Both the position numbers and the translations under genes were made by a program. This document shows, piece by piece, positions 17,507-27,800 of a stretch of DNA of 64,000 nt. The notes below the pieces were generated by a model. It ran no database searches. It worked only from the letters and a program-made list of their open reading frames with translations, and was not told the DNA's origin. Source of the stretch: a virus; IMG/VR virus record IMGVR_UViG_3300007177_000055, positions 61,410 through 125,409 of that record. The stretch is one strand, 5' to 3'. Position 1 is the first letter of the stretch; each line of letters starts with the position of its first letter.

Positions 17507-18116
17507 TAGTCCTACAACCATACACGCTGAAATAGATGCAATAGTAAGTCGGTCCCGAGCCATTCATGCAATGGTTAACGACTCAGAAGTAGAGTTTGAT
17601 ATAGTAGCAGAACGCCGGAATTTGTCTACAAAATCTCTATCCAAAATAGAGCGTTTAGGTGTAGGTAAAGAGATAGTACGCTTACGGCTCGAAAACCGGA
17701 TGAATATAAAACAAATAGCTGAGAAGTTTAGCCTTTCAACCGCTACAGTCAGCCAGTTTTTAAAAGTTTATGATCAAGCTAAACCTGATGAACAAGCTAA
17801 AATGCGCCGCACTAGTATTTTTGATACTGGTGAGCAATACGAGCGTCTAGGTGTTAAGCTGGACCTCTTATACGCCAAGGTTATCAGCTCAGACCAACAA
17901 GTAAGCGTACAAGTGCTCGGAGAAATGCGAAAGACCATCGAGTCAGCCGAACGTTTTATGGATAAACACTCAGAACGGGAAAAAATGGAACGTGTACTCC
18001 TAACCATCCAAGAAGTGCTACAATCTGAACTTCCTGAAAAACGAGTAGCCATCATGAAAAGGTTTGCTGCCTTAGGAATTAAAGGTGCAACTCCTGGTAC
18101 TTCCTTACCTGCTTAA
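17397..18116 (+). CDS. helix-turn-helix protein (regulator or small-terminase-like)
   Basis: MNIKQIAEKFSLSTATVSQFLK HTH followed by helical/coiled-coil region. Confidence 0.65.
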   Translation: MYDQDQERLALERAQSAMAFIEQIEFIIYSLEALKSSSPTTIHAEIDAIVSRSRAIHAMVNDSEVEFDIVAERRNLSTKSLSKIERLGVGKEIVRLRLENRMNIKQIAEKFSLSTATVSQFLKVYDQAKPDEQAKMRRTSIFDTGEQYERLGVKLDLLYAKVISSDQQVSVQVLGEMRKTIESAERFMDKHSEREKMERVLLTIQEVLQSELPEKRVAIMKRFAALGIKGATPGTSLPA

Positions 18117-18187
18117 AAAGACAAATACAAGATTTTTGTTCAGGCGCAAAGCACGATAGTCTACTTCTACGTCAAAGTTCACACCCA

Positions 18188-19756
18188 ATGCCCAGCAATT
18201 TAATCGCAATGACTGGCCGCGTTTCATCGTGGCTAACAGACCCTAGATATACACTACCTGTAAGCTGCACGGTCTTTAGAGTTCTAGATAAAATGGCCGG
18301 TAGAGATGGAATTAGAGATTCTTGGGACTTTGCTTCCTATGCTATTGGTAATGCCGCTGGAGCGGCAATTCACTTAAGTGAAATCAGAGAAAAAGGAAAC
18401 ACCAACGCTGCTGGCTTAGTAGCCTCTGGCCCCATGTCTTTTGGAGAGATTTTCTCCACTATTAACAAAGTTATACGTCGTGGCGGTATCTATAAGAACG
18501 GTGCCATTGTACTGCACTTAGATTTAACACATCCTGACCACTTACACTTTATTAGGGGATACGACGAGTCTGACGAAAGTAATAAATGGTTACAGCAGCG
18601 CAGAAAAGATTACGAAAACTGTCCAAAAGAAGACAAAGACTTAAAAACTTACCTTAAAGAACAACTAATAGAAGGAGAAAATCAGGTCCTTTCAGAATCT
18701 CGTCACACCTATGCTTGGGTTAAACGATGTCTAAACGTTGCTGAAAATTGGTTAGAGACTACACCTACTGAGATTATTAACGAAATACTTAAAGCTATTG
18801 CTCGGGGAGATCTTTGGTTAAACAAGATTCGCTACGACGCTTCAGGTGAAAGGATTTACGCCAACGTTTGCCTAGAAGTTTACTTGCGTCACCGAGGGAC
18901 ATGTTTGTTAATGCACGGAAACTTAGGGCAAGCAGAGGTCGGAGCACCTAACGCTTCGGGTGACTTTGATCACAACTTAGTATCCATGTTTAAAGAAGGT
19001 GCCGAGTTGCTATGTGACTTGCACTCACGCACAAAAGTAGGAGAGTCTGGCTACTATTTAGATCCAAAGGTAGACCGTCAAGTCGGTTTTGGTTTAATTG
19101 GTTTAGCTAACTTCTTGAGTTACCATAAAGTTAGCTACAGGGACTTCGGTTTGGCTCTCAAAAGAGTCAATGACAGCGAAGTAGTATCCACAGACAACCC
19201 AGCTAACCGATTAGCTCTAGCCCTTAAACAAGGCATTGAAGCTGCAGCTGTAATCTTCCGAGCCAATCATATGGACCGGGGCTTTGCAATTGCACCTACA
19301 GCTACGTGCTCTTATCGTTATCAAGACCTTCGCGGGTTTACCACTACTCCAGAAATTGCTCCTCCAATTAACCGTAAGGTTGACCGTGACTCAAGCACTT
19401 TTGGTGTACAAACTTACGACTATGGTGACGTAGAAACAGCAGCTGAAGTAGGGTGGGATACTTACTTTGCAACGACCAACGAAATCTTACGCCTTTATCA
19501 ATCTAGTGGATTGTTTCATGGCTACTCTTTTAACAGTTGGTCTGACGTAGTTAGCTATGATCTGGACTTCCTAAAAGCTTGGAACGACTCGCCACAAACG
19601 AGTTTGTACTATGCTTTACAAGTAAGCCCAGACTCTCTACGCAAAGATGACGCGCTAGTTTCTCTAGACGAGTCTTACAGAGAAATCTTCAGCTTTGATG
19701 AAGCTCCTGTTTGTGGCCTAGACCCTGATAGCATTTGTAGTTCCTGCGGAGAATGA
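18188..19756 (+). CDS. nrdA: ribonucleotide reductase large (alpha) subunit, short cyanophage-type class I
   Basis: PVSCTVF, ANVCLE (NxCxE), GTCLL, APTATCS, SLYY tyrosine pair, C-terminal CSSC; no ATP cone. Confidence 0.92.
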   Translation: MPSNLIAMTGRVSSWLTDPRYTLPVSCTVFRVLDKMAGRDGIRDSWDFASYAIGNAAGAAIHLSEIREKGNTNAAGLVASGPMSFGEIFSTINKVIRRGGIYKNGAIVLHLDLTHPDHLHFIRGYDESDESNKWLQQRRKDYENCPKEDKDLKTYLKEQLIEGENQVLSESRHTYAWVKRCLNVAENWLETTPTEIINEILKAIARGDLWLNKIRYDASGERIYANVCLEVYLRHRGTCLLMHGNLGQAEVGAPNASGDFDHNLVSMFKEGAELLCDLHSRTKVGESGYYLDPKVDRQVGFGLIGLANFLSYHKVSYRDFGLALKRVNDSEVVSTDNPANRLALALKQGIEAAAVIFRANHMDRGFAIAPTATCSYRYQDLRGFTTTPEIAPPINRKVDRDSSTFGVQTYDYGDVETAAEVGWDTYFATTNEILRLYQSSGLFHGYSFNSWSDVVSYDLDFLKAWNDSPQTSLYYALQVSPDSLRKDDALVSLDESYREIFSFDEAPVCGLDPDSICSSCGE

Positions 19757-20487
19757 TGTCTTTCCAATCACCCTACTTTCAAGTTCTATCTAGAAAAAAG
19801 TCTTGGTCACCAGTGGCTATTCCTCGAGAACCGTTAAAAGCCGGAGCAGAAGAAGCTGTTTACAGAGCTTTAGCCTTAAGGTGTCTAGAACTTCCTGTAA
19901 AGGAATTTCTAGCACAAGGCTTAAAGGGAGAATTGCCTAAAACTCCAGGAGTGATAGAAATCCTTGAGTCTAATCAAGCAGACGAAGACCGCCACGACTT
20001 AGCCTTTGAGTATGCTGTTCAAGCACACGGTACAAATGCGCAAGCTGAAAGGGAGGCTCAACACATCCTTAAAACGATGTTAGAAGATCCTTCACATCCA
20101 ATTCTTAAAGCCGCCATTTTAGAGCGATCAGTGTTCTTTGTATTGTTGCCCTTTTACCGTTTTAACGGAGACAAAGGCTTACGTACCATTGCTGCTGACA
20201 TCTCCAGAGATGAACAAACACATGTAACTTCACACCACATGATCTGTAAAGAGCTAGGCGTTAGGCCTTCCGCTTCTTTAAACCGTCTGCGTCGAGCTAT
20301 TGTAGCTTGGGTTATGGAACCACTAGAAGCCAAAAGTGAAAACCAATGGCAATCTAAAGACTTTTGGTTAAAACAGTCAGACGACCTTTATAGCAAAGGT
20401 GCAGCTAGTGGATTAGCATCTACTAGAGCATCTACCATGCACGCTTTCTTTGAATCACCAAACACTTCTTTGCCTAGTTACGGTTAA
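19753..20487 (+). CDS. nrdB: ribonucleotide reductase small (beta) subunit, ferritin-like
   Basis: LE, DEDRH, LERSVFF, DEQTH di-metal ligands; ATGA-coupled to alpha. Confidence 0.88.
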   Translation: MMSFQSPYFQVLSRKKSWSPVAIPREPLKAGAEEAVYRALALRCLELPVKEFLAQGLKGELPKTPGVIEILESNQADEDRHDLAFEYAVQAHGTNAQAEREAQHILKTMLEDPSHPILKAAILERSVFFVLLPFYRFNGDKGLRTIAADISRDEQTHVTSHHMICKELGVRPSASLNRLRRAIVAWVMEPLEAKSENQWQSKDFWLKQSDDLYSKGAASGLASTRASTMHAFFESPNTSLPSYG

Positions 20488-20494
20488 CCTTTGC

Positions 20495-20516
20495 GCCCCG
20501 ACCACCGGGGCTTTTT
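20495..20516 (+). terminator. Rho-independent terminator after RNR beta
   Basis: GCCCCG-ACCAC-CGGGGC followed by TTTTT. Confidence 0.8.
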
Positions 20517-20519
20517 AAT

Positions 20520-21032
20520 ATGCAAGTTAAAGTACTCAACGACGCCAACCTAAATACACAAGTCTTCAGTGAAAACTCAGTTTTGATTTCTATAGTTGGT
20601 AAAGAAGAAAAGATTCCAGAAGCTGTCGAGCGAGCTGTCTGTGTCTTGTTTTTAGACTTTGACGATGTCATTCCAAAAAACGAAGAACAACTAAAAGACT
20701 TTGAGTCTTACTGCAACCTAGAAGAAATAACTGCTGTCTTAGAAGTTTTAGAGGACCCTTCAGTAGACGTGGTATATGTACACTCAACTAACAGCAACAG
20801 TAGGTCTTTAGCTGTTGCAGCAGGCCTACTAAGCTCAAAGGAAAAAGACTGCAAGGAAGTTTTATACCAAATCGTAAGCCAAGATCCAAGCACTCAACCC
20901 AACTATTGGGTGTTAGCTTTGTTTGATTGGGTGTTGGACTTGTCTGGAGCACTGACTACAGCCGCCGACGATTATTTAGCTACAGGCGAAGTAGTAAGCA
21001 AATCTGGACGGATTATTACTCACATTAAGTAG
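20520..21032 (+). CDS. protein-tyrosine-phosphatase-like protein, catalytic Cys replaced by Ser
   Basis: LISI...LFLDFDDV...VYVHSTNSNSRSLAVA...QPN..V...D matches the small predicted PTP fold (HCxxGxSRS). Confidence 0.7.
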   Translation: MQVKVLNDANLNTQVFSENSVLISIVGKEEKIPEAVERAVCVLFLDFDDVIPKNEEQLKDFESYCNLEEITAVLEVLEDPSVDVVYVHSTNSNSRSLAVAAGLLSSKEKDCKEVLYQIVSQDPSTQPNYWVLALFDWVLDLSGALTTAADDYLATGEVVSKSGRIITHIK

Positions 21033-21041
21033 CCTAAAACC

Positions 21042-21206
21042 ATGCGTGCCCCTAGCTTTTTTGAGCTTTTGTTAAAAGGTTTATCTACAAGGATAAACCT
21101 TAAGAAACCAAGAACTATAACTAAGAGCTTAAGTGTAACTGAAAGATGGGCCAAATACTGCAAAGAAAACCCTGGCGCAGAAGAATGTAGAATTTATGAC
21201 ACTTAA
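21042..21206 (+). CDS. CP12-like peptide (C-terminal Cys-pair module only), 54 aa, not in ORF track
   Basis: MRAPSFFELLLKGLSTRINLKKPRTITKSLSVTERWAKYCKENPGAEECRIYDT*; C-terminus matches the CP12 YCxxNPxAxECRxYD motif. Confidence 0.8.
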   Translation: MRAPSFFELLLKGLSTRINLKKPRTITKSLSVTERWAKYCKENPGAEECRIYDT

Positions 21207-21259
21207 ACTTCTTAAAAAAGACTAGTAGCGTGTAAACTGTCACTAGTCAATTACTAGCA

Positions 21260-21457
21260 ATGACACCTAAATTTCCTGGCGTTTACGAGCTACTAATCAG
21301 AGAACCTAAAGGGGCTGCTCCTAGAACTTTAGGTATAGCTCACGTACTTAACTCCAACCCTGGAGCAGCTATAACCTACAAAGATCGAAGCTACACGATA
21401 GTAAACCGTTCCGGACTACCCCCTACAGGACAACTTTTAATCCGTCGCACTGACTAA
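21260..21457 (+). CDS. hypothetical protein
   Basis: 65-aa ORF. Confidence 0.55.
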   Translation: MTPKFPGVYELLIREPKGAAPRTLGIAHVLNSNPGAAITYKDRSYTIVNRSGLPPTGQLLIRRTD

Positions 21458-21459
21458 CT

Positions 21460-21642
21460 ATGATTTACGCTTTGACTGCCTACGCTGTGCTGGGACTAAG
21501 TACTGCTTTAGCTGCAAAATACCCTGAAACCGATAACAAAACTCTAAAGGAAAAACTAACATATGTTTACGCAGGTATTACCGTAGGTTTGTTTTGGTGG
21601 CTTTTCTGGCTTATTGCTATAATCAGGAAAATCCTTTATTGA
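21460..21642 (+). CDS. small membrane protein
   Basis: Two hydrophobic segments; GLFWWLFWL. Confidence 0.6.
   Translation: MIYALTAYAVLGLSTALAAKYPETDNKTLKEKLTYVYAGITVGLFWWLFWLIAIIRKILY
21615..21623 (+). promoter_or_regulatory. candidate extended -10 sigma70-type promoter for the tRNA pair
   Basis: TGCTATAAT (TGn + TATAAT) about 50 nt upstream of tRNA-Val; a leader hairpin AGCCCT-GTCT-AGGGCT lies at 21649-21664. Confidence 0.5.
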
Positions 21643-21670
21643 ATTCACAGCCCTGTCTAGGGCTTAATAC

Positions 21671-21743
21671 GCTCGACGATCCAGCTAGTGAAGGAGCCTC
21701 CCTTACAAGGAGGAAGCGGCAGGGGCAGAACCTGTGTCGAGCA
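21671..21743 (+). tRNA. atypical tRNA-Val(TAC)
   Basis: Perfect acceptor GCTCGAC/GTCGAGC + A73; anticodon stem CCTCC/GGAGG, loop CT-TAC-AA; T-stem GCAGG/CCTGT but loop GGCAGAA; G at position 8. Confidence 0.8.
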
Positions 21744-21745
21744 TT

Positions 21746-21818
21746 GCCAGCTTAGCTCAGGGGTGGAGCGACTGCCTTGTAAAGCAGTAAGTCGTCAGTT
21801 CAAGTGTGACAGTTGGCT
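21746..21818 (+). tRNA. tRNA-Thr(TGT)-like with 8-nt anticodon loop (possibly pseudo-tRNA)
   Basis: Acceptor GCCAGCT/AGTTGGC, TAGCTCAG D-arm, anticodon stem ACTGC/GCAGT with loop CTTGTAAA, T-loop TTCAAGT with a G53-G61 mismatch. Confidence 0.7.
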
Positions 21819-24800
21819 TACCCTAATTGACCGCTATCTGTACGAGGACCTGTAGGAGTCCAATGTCCAGAACCTCGCTGACCTAAAGGCATAGGTTCGT
21901 GTGCCGCAGCTTCAGACTGTCGATGTCTAGCTGCTGGGTCTTGTCCTATCAACTCAACTACCGAAGCATAATTTTGAACCATAGAGACATAAGTAGTTTC
22001 ATTTTCAACTCCTGCAGCTTTAGTAGCTACTAAGTCAAAACGTTCTTTGACCGGTTTAGCCATAGGCTCAGCGTGCTGATTAGCTTTAACGCCTAAGTCA
22101 GCTTTTACTTGATAAACTGCCGGTGCAACAGTCGCTTTCATAGCAGCTGCACCAGCGCTTACTAACGTGTAGAAAGCTACTTGTTGAGCAGGATCAATAG
22201 CTGATGCTAATTCAATTTGAGCGTTACGTATAGAAGCTGAACTATAAGACTGTGTTACTGGAACTTCTGCTCGCTTTTGGAAAACATGCCTTGGTTTAGT
22301 AGGCACTACTACCTGAGGTTTACGTACACTTGAGTTAGGTTTAACCTGCAAAGATTTTAAAGAAGACTGATAAAGACGGTTGGCGTCTTCTTGTACTTTT
22401 TTTTGGTACTCCACTCGAGATAAACCTTGTATTGTTTTAGCAGCCCGCATTTCTAAGATCGTACCACCACGTCTAGGTATACCTAGGCCTTCACGTTTAG
22501 AACCGTAATCGCCATAATAAGACTGTAGTTCTCGATCTAAAGCACTTTCATTAACACCCGTCATAGTACCTGTATGCCCACCCAAAGGGTGCTCCCGAGT
22601 AGGCATTTCCGAGACGTGGAGTTCTACGTATTGACCTCCAGCTCTTTCAGTACGCTCAGCTACAGAGTATTGACTGCGAGGATCTGACCCTAAAAGGTTG
22701 TCCGCGCCCGGACGGTAAAAACGAATTTTATCCGATAGCCCAGCAGCTCTAACTTTAGTTTCCAGGGCAGCCAACACAGCTTGGTTGTAACGCAGTTCAC
22801 CTAAGGTGCCTTCAGCTTTCTCACTACCCCGCTGAGAATCAGCATGTCCAGCAGCAAAGACTATAAAAGGTACCTTAGAAGAACCCTGATAAATTGCATT
22901 TTGATTTACTGCCGAATGTGCTTTTCTAATATCTCCGCTAACTGAAGAGTTTGAAGACCTAAAGTTACGACTGTCAGCCTCACCCCACTTACCTGTGGTA
23001 AGAGAAGTAAAGTACCTCTGCCATATAGGTCGGGGCGCTTCTCCGTGAAGGTGTATACCAGTACTAGCTCCACCGGCATCAACTCGATCTTGTATACCTA
23101 AAGCCTGACCATAGGTAACTGTTTGTCCTAGTTTCACACGAAGGGAACTCATGTGAAGTTGCTTGGTAATTGAACCGTCAGCGCCGCGAATAGTAACTCT
23201 ACCGTATTTATTATCTATACCTATAACAGTTCCGCTTTGCATAGCAGGAACAACTACATTACTGCTGCCCTTTCTTAGCAAAACAATATCAAAAACAACT
23301 TGTTTAGTACCTTTGATAATACTTTCTACCCCTGTTTCATAAATAGGGCTCTTAACGTACCCTGTATAATTACCGGTGCCAGCCCAGTGATACTTTAACT
23401 GAGAATATTTAGTAACAGCTCTACCTCCTGAAAAAACAGTGTAAGGAGCCTGAGTGACAGAATCAGTAAGCTCAGCCAAACTGCTTTGGCCTAAACCAAA
23501 AGGAACTTTATACTCTCCCTTCAAAGCTCGCTGGTAAACTCCCATTAACTCTTGTTGACTTTTCACAGGCTGACCATAGTAACTCTTACCGCTAAGTGTG
23601 GGAAAAGACGCCCATACAGGGGCTAACTTTGCCATAACTTCAGGCGTAAGTTTTGCGGTATAAGGATCAATACCTAAAGCTCTGATTTGGGCTAGAGCCG
23701 CTCTATCTTGATCAGCTGGAGTAAAAGACTTAGTTTTAGAGAACCTTGCGTAGGTCCCAGGCATAAATTGATAAGCACCAGCAGCAGCAGAAGCGTACCC
23801 TCCAGTAACATTAACGCTGTCTGGGTGCTTGCTCATATCTGTAAAGTACTTATAGCCATAAATAGTTTGGTAACCTTTAGGACCCAAAGTCCCTTCGGCA
23901 TACCTAATAGCAGTTAATATAGCTCGGGCATTATCGTTGAGGCCAGTATAACCAAACTCTACAGGCCCTCCTAAAGCTTGACTTAACGCGTCAACCGCAC
24001 CACCAGCTGCAGCGGCTGCAGCATCCTTAACACGTTGTAAGCCAGCACTTACTGAGTAAACTAAGTCTTTAGCTCGACCACCTAACCAGTCCATAGCTTG
24101 CTGCCACCAAGGCTTTTCCTCAGTCGCTACAGAATCTTTAAAAGTTTGTTGCAAAACCCAACGTTGCTGTTTACGAGTAGCCTTATAAGCTGTTATTTGT
24201 GAAGCAAACCGTCGGCGCTTAGTAGCTACGTAGCTATAAATAACCTCTTGCTGGGTAGGTTGTAAAACAGAATACAACTTACCGCTTTGAGTAAAAGCTT
24301 CCGGATTACGTTCTCTGTCAGGTTCACTACTACCAACAGGTCTAAAGGAACCTTCTAAACCCACTAAAAGTAAAGGTAAACCTACTAAACGGGCAGCAGC
24401 CTTACCTAGATTTTGAAGTGCCGGAGCGGTAAAACTGTAGATTAACCGCGCAGCTTGATTTATTGCAGGCAAGTACTTTGTTAGAGCAAGTGCAGAAGCA
24501 CCCGCCGAAACACCTGAAACATTAGAAACCTTTTCTATAGTATCGTCTGTTAAGTTTTGAGAGCCCGGCATTTGATATGTCCTATAGCTTCGCATGCTCA
24601 CTGAAGTGAGCTGTCTAATTATTAAAGCTGGAGCTACTACTCTTGCTGTAGCAGCAAAACCTGTACCTAGCCCTAAAGCAGAAAACACAGCTTGAATTCC
24701 AGTCAAAGCTGCGCCTGAAATTAGAGCTGCACCCACTGCATTTACACCAGCTTGAGACCAACTCTTACCAGAGTTAACAACTTCGTCTAAAACATTAATG

Positions 24801-27800
24801 CTAGTCAAGCCTAAACCTAGACGGCCACCCAATAAAGTACGAGCTGCACCTAAAGGATGACCTAAAAGATTAATTCCTTTTTGGAAAAGATTAAGTTGAG
24901 TCCCGCCATTTGTTACAAAACTCTGGCGCGGTTCGTACAAAGACTTAACGTAATCACCAAAACGGCCTTTAATACCTACTTTAACTCCCAGTGGTAATAC
25001 CCGATCAACCGGCCGATCAGCTCTTTTTTCTGCTAAAGCCTCTCTAATTTGGGAACGAGGCCCAGATCTTACTAAAAAGCCGAAAGCCCTTTCCCTAATA
25101 CGATCAGATAACTTAGTGCCTAAGTAATTGTCAGGCAGCACACCAGTTGCTTTATAAACCGCGTAGTCCCTAGGTGCTAGTTGTAGCGTACGACTAGAAG
25201 AGTCATACACAAAACTTCTTGGGCCCAAAGAGTCAGAAGTTAAAAGATTCCCAAGACGCACTGAATCTAGTTCGTCAAAAGAGCCAGTTACTAGGTTACT
25301 GATGTTACCTAAACCACCAATGTCAAAACCATAATGCTGAGCATTCAGTAAAGTACCCGCACGAGCTAAACGACTGTTAAACCCACCAGACAGATAATTA
25401 CCAAAACTAACAGCTGCTGCTTCCCATGGACGTGACTTAGGATCATTCTTTAAGAAAAAGGCTTCAGTACCCGCCATAGATCCTAAACCCTGACCTGCAT
25501 TCCAAGCAGCCATTTCTATATTTGCAGCTACTACCGCACCTAAAGGTCCACCGCTTAATAAAGGCACCGAAGCAAACAAAGCTAAAGCCGCTAAAGTAGT
25601 ACCTCCGATAACACCACCTACACGCTGATACTGGTTAAGCCCAGCGTACCCAGCCCTGCTGTATTGGTTAATATCTTGCATACGATCAGCTATCTGAGAA
25701 GTCCTCCATTCTCTAACTGAATCCAGCCCTAAAGCTCCGGCTCCTAAAGCAGACCACAAAGCAGTGCTTACGCCATTATTAGCAATAAGCCCTAACAAAC
25801 CAGTTTGTAAAGACTTAAACTCTAAGTCCGCTGCATCCTGACTAATTTGCCAAGGCGTCCGGTCAGTGTTTAAAGTCTTAGTAAGTGCGGTAACACTTTG
25901 GTAGGTTCCTGCTGCAGACAAAAACACACCCGCCCCAGACTGAACCAAACCTTTAGCTGCCAAAGGTAATTTATTGACCAGATTACGTGTGACAACACCA
26001 AGACCTACCACACCAGCAGCTAAAAATCCAACTCGTTGGGCATTACGGTAAGGTGCATTTTGAGGATCGGCTTGGTCCTGCTCGTAGAACTCACTAGTAA
26101 CGCTCTTTAGCCAAGGGTTATCTTGAACTAAAGACTGAGCCATAAAGAAAGATCCCATGACTTGTCTAGTACGTCCACCTGCAGCAGAAAAAGCTAATCC
26201 AGCTGCATTTTCGTAGAATTCTGAATAGGCTGTTTGATACTGAACTTTTCTAGAAGAAGCAGTTAACTGGCTAACGCTAAAACCAGCAGTAGCTAACCCT
26301 GAATATTCTAAGGAAAAACGACTAAGCTTCCCACTTAAACCGACCAGTCGACCAGGCCAAGGACTATTAGCCCAAGCACTTCTAGCTTTACTGGTCAGCT
26401 GTCTAGCCATAGGTAAAAGCCTACCCAGCTGACTTAAGAAAGACCTAATTGGCTGTAGAGCACGCATTGTAAAGCGAATGGGTCTTTCTATAGGACTCCC
26501 TAAGATCTGCCTTTTAGTCGTTTCTAGTATCTGAGTGTTAATATCTTGACCCAAAACCAGGGCCAGACCACCTACTAAAGTTGCACCTAACAAAACAGTA
26601 TTTAGTAGACCCAAAGAATTTGGGCTGTTAATAGGCACTAACGGGGCCAAACCTAAAAACAAACCTAACCCTAAAGCCCTACCGCTCTTAAGAGACCTCC
26701 ACTTAGGGCCTATACCTAGAATCTTCCGGCCACCCACAAAAGTTTTAAGAGACTGAACCTTTGAATAATCAGGCTTTATTTCACCTGCAGCTTCTTCAAT
26801 GGCCTTTATAGCATCAACTTTGTACCTTTCGTAAGCTATACGGATTCTACCTTGCCAGAAATAAGCCGCAGGCCCAGCCAGAGTACCTGCTACAGTAGAA
26901 GCGTGATAAGTGAAGGAGTCTTCATCACCGTAATTAAAGCCTAAGTTTTTACTAGTAGCCTCACCTAAGTAATTAAAAATACTGGTCATAGCCCAAGCCC
27001 CTAAACCAGCAGCTATAGCTACCCGTCCTAGCCGGCCAGTTAACTTTTTACTCTTAACTATCGTACTGGATTCTGTATTCCAACGCATCTTAGTATCTGC
27101 CAACAACAAGACGCTGCCACCTGCCCAACTTATACCAGTAAGACTTTGCTTCAGTTGGTTACGCTGACGTTCGTTTAAGTTAGCTTTAGTGGCGTAGGCA
27201 TCTCCTATAGCTTCACTAAGCTGCCAACTGGCAGCAGCTCCAAGCACTACACTAGGAGCAACTACACCACCTAACTTAGCTGCAGTTCTACCAAACTTAA
27301 CAGCTGGCTCAAAGAAAGTACCTACTTTTGCAGGCAAACTAGCTAATCGACCGATACCGCTGAAAGATCTTAAACCTAAGCTAGCAAAGGCAGCCCCCAC
27401 TGCACGTTTTGAGCCACGCACTGTACTCTGTACACCCCGCCCAGTAACTCTATTGATACCGCTAAACAAACTTCTTAAGTTGTAAGCCCCCTGAGACTGA
27501 GTTAAAGACCTAAGAATTTCTCGGGAGTCTTCATATAAAGTAGCTGCAGCAGTACGCATTACATACCCGTACCCCAAGCCCCGCCTTTGAGAATTAAGTG
27601 CCGCTAAAGAACCAGCAGTTATTAAAGGTGAGTAGGAGTAAACAGGCTCTTGGGGACGAGTGTAATAAAAGTTAGCTGCTGTAGAATCAACCCCAAACTG
27701 TCGTTGACGCATCGCTGACAACAACAGATTACTAACTTGTGACTGGGACCTAAAACCTCCCTGGTTTAGAATACGTTCTGCATAACCAGCAGTACCAAAG

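Noticed and set aside
18557-18700. Intein or intron in RNR alpha
   Set aside because: The insert is about 45 aa, in frame, and lacks the C...HN splice motifs
21220-21248. GACTAGT...ACTAGTC inverted repeat
   Set aside because: Made of two self-palindromic ACTAGT hexamers, which are common in this genome; long loop and no T-tract
21746-21818. tRNA 3' end as prophage att site or genome boundary
   Set aside because: No integrase in the window, no duplicated tRNA 3' end noticed, and both flanks are phage genes of similar composition
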